Shown here: positions 36,132 to 44,485 of the stretch, piece after piece
Position numbering within the stretch: the stretch's first letter is position 1
How the letters are laid out: every line of letters begins with the position of its first letter
Origin: Oscillospiraceae bacterium
Lineage (GTDB): Bacteria > Bacillota > Clostridia > Oscillospirales > Ruminococcaceae
Length of the DNA: 64,000 bases
Direction of reading: 5' to 3'
Assembly: GCA_009784625.1 (NCBI GenBank)
Contig: WRBI01000009.1
Coordinates: forward strand, 727-64,726
Notes under the pieces: generated by a model
The model's input: only the letters and a program-made list of their open reading frames with translations
Database searches by the model: none
What the model was told of the DNA's origin: nothing
Position numbers and translations under genes: made by a program

Positions 36132-36524
36132 CTATGCATATCTTCCGCGCTCTTCCCGCACCAGTTTTTCAATTGGAGCGAAAGGGGCGGATATCTGCCC
36201 CATCCCCATAAAATCAAGCGAGAGCATGAGAAACCGCCCGCTCGCCCGCAAGTACGCGACCACCGTTCCCTGGCGGCGGTTGCCGTCCAGCCCTTCCAGG
36301 CGGATGCCTTGTTCGGCTTGTTTTTCTTGTAGAGATATCTGTACCGCCTCGTGAGCCAGCCGCTCAAGCGGCCGATAAGGGACAGTGACCCGGTAGCTGC
36401 CCTTACACTCAAGAGTGAGGGTTTCGCGCATCCCGCTGCCCGAAATGATCGCGGTTACTTCGACTTGACGGGGGCGTTCATCATCCCCGCCGAGATAGCC
36501 CACCAGTTTGGCTGCTCTGCTCAT
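36132..36524 (-). CDS. Hypothetical 130-aa protein
   Basis: Clean ORF. ATG 36524 (MSRAAKLVGYLGG...) was preferred over the TTG-initiated extension to 36626, which has no RBS. No family recognised. Confidence 0.5.
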   Translation of the reverse strand: MSRAAKLVGYLGGDDERPRQVEVTAIISGSGMRETLTLECKGSYRVTVPYRPLERLAHEAVQISLQEKQAEQGIRLEGLDGNRRQGTVVAYLRASGRFLMLSLDFMGMGQISAPFAPIEKLVREERGRYA

Positions 36525-36619
36525 TTCTTCATCACCCAATAAAAGAATACCCCAAAACGTGCAAATAAACAAGTGGGCGCCGGGATATACTAACGCAAAT
36601 ATTCCGGGAGGAAATAGCG

Positions 36620-36766
36620 ATGGCAAAAGCCGGTATGCGCCGACCCGACCCCAAAGAGCCCCACGGAACGCAAAGCAACAAGAAAACCAAGATCAAAAAG
36701 AACGAGGTCCCGCCTGTCCCCGAACTGCAAGGCAAAGTAAAAAGTGGAAAAGACAACGCAAAGTAA
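36620..36766 (+). CDS. Unlisted 48-aa highly basic small protein
   Basis: GGGAGG RBS 7 nt before ATG 36620. Sequence MAKAGMRRPDPKEPHGTQSNKKTKIKKNEVPPVPELQGKVKSGKDNAK. An intrinsic terminator follows immediately. Confidence 0.55.
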   Translation: MAKAGMRRPDPKEPHGTQSNKKTKIKKNEVPPVPELQGKVKSGKDNAK

Positions 36767-36769
36767 ACG

Positions 36770-36798
36770 CAGAGCGCCAGGTTAACCCCGGCGCTCTG
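36770..36798 (+). terminator. Terminator of the small basic ORF
   Basis: A 9-bp stem CAGAGCGCC / GGCGCTCTG followed by TAACTTTATT. Confidence 0.65.
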
Positions 36799-36823
36799 TA
36801 ACTTTATTGTAATGTGATTATGC

Positions 36824-36852
36824 TTTACATAATATTCGCTATTTGGTATAAT
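36824..36852 (+). promoter_or_regulatory. Sigma-A promoter (extended -10) for the M20 peptidase gene
   Basis: TTTACA, 17-nt spacer, TGG-TATAAT (36847-36852). Confidence 0.6.
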
Positions 36853-36896
36853 TAGGTGCTGAAAATGATAACTGTATAGCGGGAGATGTGTTTGTG

Positions 36897-37988
36897 ATGA
36901 GTGAATCTCGTCTGTTAGAACGTTTTTTTAGATATGTTTCCTGTGCGAGCGAATCAGGGAATGAGAAGCAGTTCTGTGAGCTGCTTGAGAGTGAACTCAA
37001 GGCCGTGGGGATGGAAATTATCCGGGATGAGGTCGGCGAAAAAGTCGGCTCAAACGGCTGGAACATATACGCCTGCCTGCCGGGCGAGGGCGAGCCGATC
37101 CTCTTTAGTGCGCATATGGACACCGTGCCAAACGGCATTGAGATTGCGCCGGTGGTCAGCGGCGGCATAGTCCGCTCGGCGGGAGAAACCATTCTGGCCG
37201 CCGACGACAAATCGGGGATTGCCCCGGTGGTAGAGGCGCTGCAAATTATCAAAGAAGAAAACCGGACACATCGCCCGGTTGAAGTGCTTTTTAGTGTCTG
37301 TGAAGAAGTCGGCCTGCTCGGCTCAAAATACGCCGACTACTCGAATGTAAAGAGCAAACAGGCCATCGTACTCGACAACGGCAGACACGGCAGTGTGGTC
37401 AACAATTCGCCGGCGAAACTTGAGCTGCACGTCAAAGTTACCGGCAGAAGCGCGCACGCGGCGGTTCAGCCGAGTAAAGGGGTCAACGCCATCAAAGCGG
37501 CGGCGGCCGCCATCGCAAAGATACCCAGCGGGGAGGTGGACGACCAAACCGTGATGAATGTAGCCAACTTCCTTTCACCCGGCAAGAGCAATGTTGTACC
37601 GGATAAAGCCAGCTTTGACCTGGATATGCGCTCCTTTGACAACGACCGGCTGGAAACACACGTCGAAAACGTAAAGGCCGCTTTGCGCGAGGCCTGCGAA
37701 GAGATTGGCGCGAGCTTTGAAGTCGAGATCGACCGGCAGGCTGAAATCTTGTTTGTTCCACCCGAGAGTGAATTGATCGCGCGGTTAGGTGAAGTTTACG
37801 GCGCACTCGGGATAGAGCATAAAATTGAGCGCACATATGGCGGGTCGGACGCTACCTGGATATTCCAAAACGGGATCGATGTGGTCAACATCGGCACCGG
37901 TATGGCCGATGTCCACTCAAGCGAAGAACATATTTCGGTAGCAGACCTTGAGACAACGCTGAAGATTGTGCTTGCAATGACCGAGTAG
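36897..37988 (+). CDS. M20/M25/M40 family metallopeptidase, peptidase T-like
   Basis: MSESRLLERFFRYVS N-terminus, HMDTVP, and DDKSGIA metal ligands. About 363 aa. ATG 36897 is preferred over GTG 36888 on RBS spacing. Confidence 0.85.
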   Translation: MSESRLLERFFRYVSCASESGNEKQFCELLESELKAVGMEIIRDEVGEKVGSNGWNIYACLPGEGEPILFSAHMDTVPNGIEIAPVVSGGIVRSAGETILAADDKSGIAPVVEALQIIKEENRTHRPVEVLFSVCEEVGLLGSKYADYSNVKSKQAIVLDNGRHGSVVNNSPAKLELHVKVTGRSAHAAVQPSKGVNAIKAAAAAIAKIPSGEVDDQTVMNVANFLSPGKSNVVPDKASFDLDMRSFDNDRLETHVENVKAALREACEEIGASFEVEIDRQAEILFVPPESELIARLGEVYGALGIEHKIERTYGGSDATWIFQNGIDVVNIGTGMADVHSSEEHISVADLETTLKIVLAMTE

Positions 37989-38073
37989 GCAAGAGTTATG
38001 TTTCGCGGCGCAGTCTTGCCGCGTTTACATAAAAGCAAATATACTTATCATGAATAATTGGGAGGAAAAGAAA

Positions 38074-39261
38074 ATGTTCAAGAAGACCTGTATCTTAATG
38101 CTTGTGGTTCTGCTGGTTATGACCGGCTGCCGCGCGGCAGCCCCGGCGCCTGCCCCTGCCGACACTCCGGCTCCGGCCGTTGGGCAAACCGCCGACGATC
38201 TTGCCGAAGCCAACGAAGACTGGATCATCGGCATCATGACCGGTACTGTTTCCCAGAACGAAGAAGAGTTTATGGCCGCTATGAAAATGCAGGAAAGACA
38301 CGGCGCCGACAGAATCCTTCACGTCACTTACCCCGACCGCTTTAGTGATGAAATGGAAACCGTCATTGCCCAGGTCGTCAGCCTTGCCGACCAAGGCGCA
38401 CAAGCCATCATCATCTGCCAGGCTGTTCCCGGCACAATCCCCGCCATCCAAAGGGTGCGCGAGCGTTTCCCTGAAATTCTCTTTGTGGTCGGAACCATCA
38501 TGGAACCCCCCAGAGACATCGCCGGGGCCGCTGACGTGGTTCTGCAGCTCGACGATATCGGTACCGGTATCACCATCATGGAAATGGCCGCACAAATGGG
38601 GGCAGAGACCTTTGTTCACTACTCCTTCCCCCGCCACCTCGGCATTGAAATGATCGCCCTGCGCCGCGACAACCTGATGGCCACCGCTGAGCGCCTTGGT
38701 ATTGAGTTCGTTGACGTTATGGCTCCGGACCCCACCGGTGACGCCGGTCTTCCCGGTACCCAAATGTTCATTATGGAAGATGTACCCAGACAAGTTGCCG
38801 ACCTTGGCCCGAATACGGTCTTCTACGCAACCAACTGCGGTATGCAAGAGCCCCTTATCCGCGGCGTTCTTGAAAACGGCGCACTGTACGTGCAGCCCTG
38901 CTGCCCCAGCCCCTACCACGCATTCCCCGCGGCTATGAACATCTCCACTGCCGGCCATGAGGGCGACGTTGACTTCATGCTTGAGCAAATCCGCCTGTCC
39001 GTTGCCGCAGCCGACATGGCCGGCCGCGTATCCAACTGGCCGGTACCGGTCAACATGCTGATCATCGAAGCCGGCGTTGATTACGCCATCAACTGGCTTG
39101 AGGGCAACACCAACGGACGCATGGATTCCACGGCTGTTCGCGCGTCTATTAACAGAGTGGCCGCCGAATACGGAACAACCGTTAACATCCGCATGATGGA
39201 AGACGATCAGGGGACATTCGAGAACATGTTCCTGCTCATTTCTGAAAATGTAGTTTTCTAA
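38074..39261 (+). CDS. Lipoprotein, putative ABC-transporter substrate-binding protein (DUF3798-like, type I periplasmic-binding fold)
   Basis: GGGAGG RBS 8 nt before ATG 38074. Lipobox LLVMTGC followed by an Ala/Pro linker. First gene of the ABC operon. The DUF3798 assignment is from memory. Confidence 0.7.
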   Translation: MFKKTCILMLVVLLVMTGCRAAAPAPAPADTPAPAVGQTADDLAEANEDWIIGIMTGTVSQNEEEFMAAMKMQERHGADRILHVTYPDRFSDEMETVIAQVVSLADQGAQAIIICQAVPGTIPAIQRVRERFPEILFVVGTIMEPPRDIAGAADVVLQLDDIGTGITIMEMAAQMGAETFVHYSFPRHLGIEMIALRRDNLMATAERLGIEFVDVMAPDPTGDAGLPGTQMFIMEDVPRQVADLGPNTVFYATNCGMQEPLIRGVLENGALYVQPCCPSPYHAFPAAMNISTAGHEGDVDFMLEQIRLSVAAADMAGRVSNWPVPVNMLIIEAGVDYAINWLEGNTNGRMDSTAVRASINRVAAEYGTTVNIRMMEDDQGTFENMFLLISENVVF

Positions 39262-39277
39262 GAACACTTAAAGCGGA

Positions 39278-39297
39278 GGGGGGCTAATCAGCCCCCC
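39278..39297 (+). other. Intra-operon GC hairpin after the binding-protein gene
   Basis: GGGGGGCT-AATC-AGCCCCCC with no adjacent T-run. This is the type of hairpin that often boosts binding-protein mRNA stability in ABC operons. Confidence 0.4.
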
Positions 39298-39363
39298 AAA
39301 CCGCCGTTTAAACGTATTTTCAGCTCCCATGAACACCAAAGCTTTTTGTGGAGGAGAGTAACC

Positions 39364-40953
39364 TTGTCGGAAGAGTTTGTACTGGAACTAGAAAACATAA
39401 GCAAAGAGTACAGCGGCAACCCTGTGCTTAAAAACGTTTCGCTCTCGGTTAAGCCGGGCGAAATATACGCCTTGATCGGCGAGAACGGCGCAGGCAAATC
39501 AACACTTATGAATATCCTTTTCGGGATGAGCGTAATTCACGAGACCGGCGGATTTACCGGCAAGGTAAAAATCGGCGGACAAGAGGCTAAGTTCACCTCG
39601 CCCGCCGATGCAATGCTGGCTGGAATCGGGATGGTGCATCAGGAATTTATGCTGATACCCGGCTTTACCATAGTTGAAAACATCAAGGTGGGGCGGGAAG
39701 AAACCCTGCCCACCATCGCCAGCCGGGTCTTTGGAAAAAGTTTGGAGCGGTTGGATACAGAGCGAATGGCGGCTGATGCGCGCAAAGCCCTGGACGCCAT
39801 CGGGATGGACATAAACGAATTTACCCGGGTGGCTGGCCTGCCGGTCGGGTATATGCAATTCGTCGAAATTGCCCGGGAAATCGACAAAGAAAATCTGAAG
39901 CTGCTTGTCTTTGACGAGCCGACCGCTGTTTTGACCGAAAGCGAGGCTGAACAACTTTTGTCGGTTATGCAGTCCCTGTCCGACAAGGGGATCGCCATCA
40001 TCTTTATCACCCACCGCCTGTCCGAAGTCATGGCGGTTGCCAGACGGATGACCGTTCTGCGGGATGGGGAAGTGGTCGCGTCCAAGCCGATCGCCCAGAC
40101 CGATGTGGTCGAGATCGCCGAGCTGATGGTTGGCCGCCGGATCGAAAAGCTTGTGGACGATGAGAGCCGCTCGGTTGCCCCCGATGAAAACGCTGAGATC
40201 GCTGTCAAGGTAAGGGACTTGTTTGTGGACATGCCGGGCGAGATGGTCAAAGGGGTCGATCTGGATATCCGCAAAGGGGAGATATTCGGAATCGGCGGTC
40301 TGGCCGGCCAGGGCAAGGTCGGGATTCCCAACGGGATTATGGGGATGTCCCCGGCCAGCGGTACGGTCGAAGTTTTCGGCGAAAAGGTAACTTTTTCGAA
40401 GCTGGGCGACGCGTTGAGCAAAGGTGTCTCTTTCGTGTCGGAAGACCGGCGGGGCGTCGGCCTGCTGATCGGGGAAAGCATCGCGCACAACATCATCTTC
40501 AACACCATGACCGTCAAGGGCGGATTCCTCGGTCTTGGCAAAATTATCAGCCACCATCAAGTCCGCGCCCACGCCCAAAGTATGATTGAGCTGTTGGATA
40601 TCCGCTGTGTGGGCGGTTCTCAGCGGGTGGGCAGCCTTTCGGGCGGCAACCAGCAAAAGGTCTGTCTGGCCGCCGCGCTCACCCTCAAGCCCCGGCTGCT
40701 CATCGTCTCCGAGCCGACTCGGGGGATTGACATCGGCGCGAAAAAGCTGATTATGGAATACCTGACAAAACTGCGCAACGAAGAGGGGCTGACCATCATC
40801 ATGGTCAGCAGCGAGCTGGCTGAGCTGCGCAGTGTCTGCGACCGGATTGCGATTGTGTCGGAGGGCAAAGTGTCGAGTATCCTCCCGCCCGAAGCGCCGG
40901 ACGCCGATTTTGGCCTGGCTATGAGTGCAGTCGGAAGCAAGGAGGTGGAGTAG
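39364..40953 (+). CDS. ABC transporter ATP-binding protein with duplicated ATPase domains (sugar/nucleoside CUT2-type)
   Basis: TTG 39364 lies 7 nt after GGAGGAG. Walker A GENGAGKST; two signature motifs including LSGGNQQK; about 529 aa. Confidence 0.88.
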   Translation: MSEEFVLELENISKEYSGNPVLKNVSLSVKPGEIYALIGENGAGKSTLMNILFGMSVIHETGGFTGKVKIGGQEAKFTSPADAMLAGIGMVHQEFMLIPGFTIVENIKVGREETLPTIASRVFGKSLERLDTERMAADARKALDAIGMDINEFTRVAGLPVGYMQFVEIAREIDKENLKLLVFDEPTAVLTESEAEQLLSVMQSLSDKGIAIIFITHRLSEVMAVARRMTVLRDGEVVASKPIAQTDVVEIAELMVGRRIEKLVDDESRSVAPDENAEIAVKVRDLFVDMPGEMVKGVDLDIRKGEIFGIGGLAGQGKVGIPNGIMGMSPASGTVEVFGEKVTFSKLGDALSKGVSFVSEDRRGVGLLIGESIAHNIIFNTMTVKGGFLGLGKIISHHQVRAHAQSMIELLDIRCVGGSQRVGSLSGGNQQKVCLAAALTLKPRLLIVSEPTRGIDIGAKKLIMEYLTKLRNEEGLTIIMVSSELAELRSVCDRIAIVSEGKVSSILPPEAPDADFGLAMSAVGSKEVE

Positions 40954-42024
40954 ATGGATTCGATCAAAAGAGCGGTAAACAGCTTTGGTCTGCCGCGGGT
41001 GATCATCCTTGCATTTTTCGTCTTCTTACTTGGGATGGCGGCCTTTTATGACCTCGGGATTCCCGCGTTGTTGGGTGATGTCATTCGTCGTTGGGGAATG
41101 TTCGGTATTCTGGTTCTTGCGATGGTTCCGGCTATCCAGTCGGGAATCGGGCCAAATTTCGGTGTTTCGATCGGCATTATCGGCGGCCTGTTAGGTTCGC
41201 TGATCAGCATTGAGATGCGGGATATGGGCTACTTTGAGGCGACCGCCAACCCGGAAGTAGTCTCGGTGATCATCGCGTTGATCTTCGCCATTGTTTTCGC
41301 CGGCATCTTTGGCTTTTTGTACGGACTTTTGCTCAACCGGGTCAAAGGCAGTGAGATGGTGGTTTCGACCTATGTCGGGTTTTCGATGGTCGCGCTCTTT
41401 AATATCATGTGGCTGCTTTTGCCTTTTCGCAGCGGTACATCCATCTGGCCGATCGCGGGCGAGGGACTTCGGACAACCATCAGCCTGGCCGACGACTTCG
41501 GCGGGGTCTTCAACGATCTGCTCGCATTTGAGCTAGGCGATATGAGTGTGCCGACCGGGCTTTTGCTCGTTTTCTTCCTGTGTTGTTTTCTGGTTTGGCT
41601 CTTTACCCAAAGCCGAATCGGGATGATGATGCGCGCGGCCGGTTCCAACCCCAACTTCGCCAGGGCGGCGGGTATCAACGTAAACAAGATGCGGGTTCTC
41701 GGCACCACACTTTCAACCATTCTCGGCGGGATCGGGATTGTCGCCTTTGCCCAGAGTTTCGGGTTTTTGCAGCTGTACAATGCGCCGCTAATGATGGGCT
41801 TTACCGTTGTGGCCTCTGTGCTGGTCGGTGGTGCAAGCGTTGTCAACGCCCGGATATTCAACGTACTGCTCGGCACATTCCTTTTCCAGGGGATTCTGAC
41901 AGTCGCTATCCCGGTCGCTAACCAGATGGTGCCCGAGGGCAACCTCTCAGAAATTTTGCGGATGATCATCTCGAACGGCATCATCCTTTACGCCCTGAGT
42001 AAATCAAGGGAGGCGACAAGATGA
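40954..42024 (+). CDS. ABC transporter permease (CUT2/BMP-type)
   Basis: 356 aa multi-pass protein. Its start codon abuts the ATPase stop. Confidence 0.85.
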   Translation: MDSIKRAVNSFGLPRVIILAFFVFLLGMAAFYDLGIPALLGDVIRRWGMFGILVLAMVPAIQSGIGPNFGVSIGIIGGLLGSLISIEMRDMGYFEATANPEVVSVIIALIFAIVFAGIFGFLYGLLLNRVKGSEMVVSTYVGFSMVALFNIMWLLLPFRSGTSIWPIAGEGLRTTISLADDFGGVFNDLLAFELGDMSVPTGLLLVFFLCCFLVWLFTQSRIGMMMRAAGSNPNFARAAGINVNKMRVLGTTLSTILGGIGIVAFAQSFGFLQLYNAPLMMGFTVVASVLVGGASVVNARIFNVLLGTFLFQGILTVAIPVANQMVPEGNLSEILRMIISNGIILYALSKSREATR

Positions 42025-43505
42025 GTATACTAAACAAAGTGGGCAAATATCTTGCCAAAAACAACGTCACTGTGCTCTTTGTCATCCTCTGTCTGCTCGC
42101 TTACCACTATTCGACGTTTACCCTCCCGACCCTGTTTGAAGAGCTGTTTATCCGGATCGGGCGAAACACATTTCTTGTGCTCAGCCTGCTCATCCCCATT
42201 ATCGCGGGACTGGGACTGAACTTCGGTATTGTCATCGGAGCCATCGCCGCCCAGATCGCCATTTTTGTGGTTGTTTTGTTTGGCGGGTCGGGTTTTACCG
42301 GTATCTTGTGGGCGGTGGCCATCTGCACCCCGCTGGCCGTCTTCTTCGGGTATCTGGTCGGCAGCCTGTTTAACAAGATGAAAGGTACCGAGATGATCGG
42401 CGGCTTGGTGGCCGGGTTCTTCTCAGACGGGATATACCAGTTCATCTTCCTGTTTATGCTAGGCGGGGTTATCGTCGTCAACGCGCCTGACCTGATGATT
42501 GCAACCGGTGTGGGCGTGCGGAACATCATCAACCTGGACGGAAATTTGCGCCAGGCCATCGACAATATGCCGATGATCAACATTATAGACGCGGCCTTTT
42601 ACGCGATCACCGCCATCTGCGCCATTCTGATTATCTTCCGCCTTGCCAAGAAGCGGGACTTGCAGATCAAGAAGCTGCTTAAGGCGTTTCTGCCGGTGGC
42701 CATTTTGTGGGCGGCCAGTTGGATCCCCGCGGTCGGCGCATTTATGTCCGCCCCCCGTCTTCTGCTGCTCTACGCGATTGAGTTCGGGGTGGCCGGCGCG
42801 GTTATCTACCAGCTTTGGAAAATCTTTGCGTCCAAGGTGTTGGACAAGAATCCGGAGCTGCCTAAAATGCGGCTGGTGTATATGGGGGTCGCGGGCGGCG
42901 TTTACGCGATCACCTTTATCCCCGCCATGTATGAGGCGCTGTCCATGGTCAACCTGCCTGTGTTGACTTACTTGATTATCGCGGCACTGTATATGTTCAT
43001 CCCCTGGTTTATGAACACAAAGCTGGGGCAGGATATGCGCACGGTCGGCCAGGACCGCGCGGTGGCCACTTCGTCGGGGATCAATGTCAACAAAGTGCGG
43101 ATTATCGCGATGATCATGTCCACCGTGCTGGCAAGTTACGGGCAGATCATATCCCTGCAAAACATCGGTACAGTGGCGACTTACGGCTCGCACATCGCGG
43201 TCGGGTTGTATTCGATCGCGGCACTCTTGGTTGGCGGCGCGTCGGTACAGCGGGCGACCACCAAACAGGCTGTGCTGGGGATTGTCCTCTTCCACACCAT
43301 GTTTATCCTCTCGGCCAATGCGGGCGCCCAGTTGTTGGGCAACGCGCAGATCGGCGAGTTCTTTAGGGTGTTTGCAGCTTACGGCGTTATCGCGGTTGCG
43401 CTGGCCATGCACGCGTGGTCAAGGCGAAAAGGCGGCCAGACGCTTGGCTTGCCCGCCGCTACTGTTGTCGTACCGGCAAAGCCGCCGGAGAGCGGTTCAA
43501 AATAG
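42021..43505 (+). CDS. ABC transporter permease, unusually long (494 aa)
   Basis: ATGA overlap with the upstream permease. Multi-pass protein with an extra central segment compared with its partner. Confidence 0.85.
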   Translation: MSILNKVGKYLAKNNVTVLFVILCLLAYHYSTFTLPTLFEELFIRIGRNTFLVLSLLIPIIAGLGLNFGIVIGAIAAQIAIFVVVLFGGSGFTGILWAVAICTPLAVFFGYLVGSLFNKMKGTEMIGGLVAGFFSDGIYQFIFLFMLGGVIVVNAPDLMIATGVGVRNIINLDGNLRQAIDNMPMINIIDAAFYAITAICAILIIFRLAKKRDLQIKKLLKAFLPVAILWAASWIPAVGAFMSAPRLLLLYAIEFGVAGAVIYQLWKIFASKVLDKNPELPKMRLVYMGVAGGVYAITFIPAMYEALSMVNLPVLTYLIIAALYMFIPWFMNTKLGQDMRTVGQDRAVATSSGINVNKVRIIAMIMSTVLASYGQIISLQNIGTVATYGSHIAVGLYSIAALLVGGASVQRATTKQAVLGIVLFHTMFILSANAGAQLLGNAQIGEFFRVFAAYGVIAVALAMHAWSRRKGGQTLGLPAATVVVPAKPPESGSK

Positions 43506-43514
43506 CCCATAAAA

Positions 43515-43539
43515 AAAGCCCGCCTAATTGGCGGGCTTT
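43515..43539. terminator. Bidirectional terminator shared by the ABC operon and the convergent lipid-kinase gene
   Basis: AAAGCCCGCC-TAATT-GGCGGGCTTT flanked by an A7 run and a T-run. It overlaps the last codons of the minus-strand gene. Confidence 0.8.
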
Positions 43540-44474
43540 TTCGCGCGTGTTCGTTTTTTCTTATCGTTTGGCTTGGGGACGATGATCTCAATCGCTTTTT
43601 GACAAACGGCGACTTCCACGACCTTTAGGCTGCCGCCGAACTCCCCGTCTACCGACCAGCCAAGCGGCCTTTCGCCGACAAATCGCGCCTTTCTCACCTT
43701 GCGCAAGACAAAAGACGGATCAAGTATCCCCTTGCCGCCCAACATGGCCGAGATTACGCTGCCCAAAGTTTCCATACTCTGGATTTTTCGCAGGAGAAGC
43801 AGATCAAACAGCCCGTCGTCCAAGCAGGCATCCACCTCGCCGGGCAGGGGAAACCCGCCGACTGAGCGCGAATTTGAAATCATCCCGAGGATAAAGTCGT
43901 CTTCGATCACTTCACCTTCCAACTCGACCCGACAGTGATGATGATTGATGTTGCCCAATTTCTTGACGCCTTCAAGGAAATAAGCGGTCTGGCCGAACAT
44001 GTTCTTCAGATTTTGTGGGGTGTCGTAAGAAACGTCGGCGAACAACCCGAACGCGGCCACATAAGTGAAGAAGCCGTCCTGGAATCTGCCCACATCAACC
44101 GGGACAATGTTGCCGCTCATTACAGTGTCCGCGCCCAAAACCGGGTCGGAAGAAAGGCCGTGTGTGGCCGCGAAATCGTTGACTGACCCGGACGGAATAT
44201 AACCGAGCAAAGGCCGGCGGTCAAGCTGCATCAAGGCGTTGACAACTTCGTTCAGTGTGCCGTCCCCGCCGGTGCAGACCAGATAATCGAACGCGTACGC
44301 CCGCTCAAGGGCGATCTGATAAGCCTCCCGCGGGCCGGAAGTCGGGTGGGCGGTCACCGCAAAACCGCCTTTGGTAAAGCGGTCGACCACCTCAAAAAAG
44401 TAAGGGACAAAGCTGCCCTGCCCGGCCGCCGGATTAATGATTAGCAGCATGGTTTTTGCCGCCAACTCGCTCAC
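43524..44474 (-). CDS. Diacylglycerol/lipid kinase family protein (YegS/BmrU/DagK-like)
   Basis: LLIINPAAGQG and TGGDGTLNEV motifs; 316 aa. Confidence 0.88.
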   Translation of the reverse strand: MSELAAKTMLLIINPAAGQGSFVPYFFEVVDRFTKGGFAVTAHPTSGPREAYQIALERAYAFDYLVCTGGDGTLNEVVNALMQLDRRPLLGYIPSGSVNDFAATHGLSSDPVLGADTVMSGNIVPVDVGRFQDGFFTYVAAFGLFADVSYDTPQNLKNMFGQTAYFLEGVKKLGNINHHHCRVELEGEVIEDDFILGMISNSRSVGGFPLPGEVDACLDDGLFDLLLLRKIQSMETLGSVISAMLGGKGILDPSFVLRKVRKARFVGERPLGWSVDGEFGGSLKVVEVAVCQKAIEIIVPKPNDKKKRTRAKKPAN

Positions 44475-44485
44475 CTCCTCACCGC

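Noticed and set aside
38095-40656. Long minus-strand ORFs (38095-39267, 390 aa; 39499-40656, 385 aa; 39639-40541, 300 aa) opposite the ABC binding-protein and ATPase genes
   Set aside because: They are antisense shadows of genes with clear ABC motifs on the plus strand. The translations have no recognisable motifs and the biased composition expected of GC-rich antisense frames.
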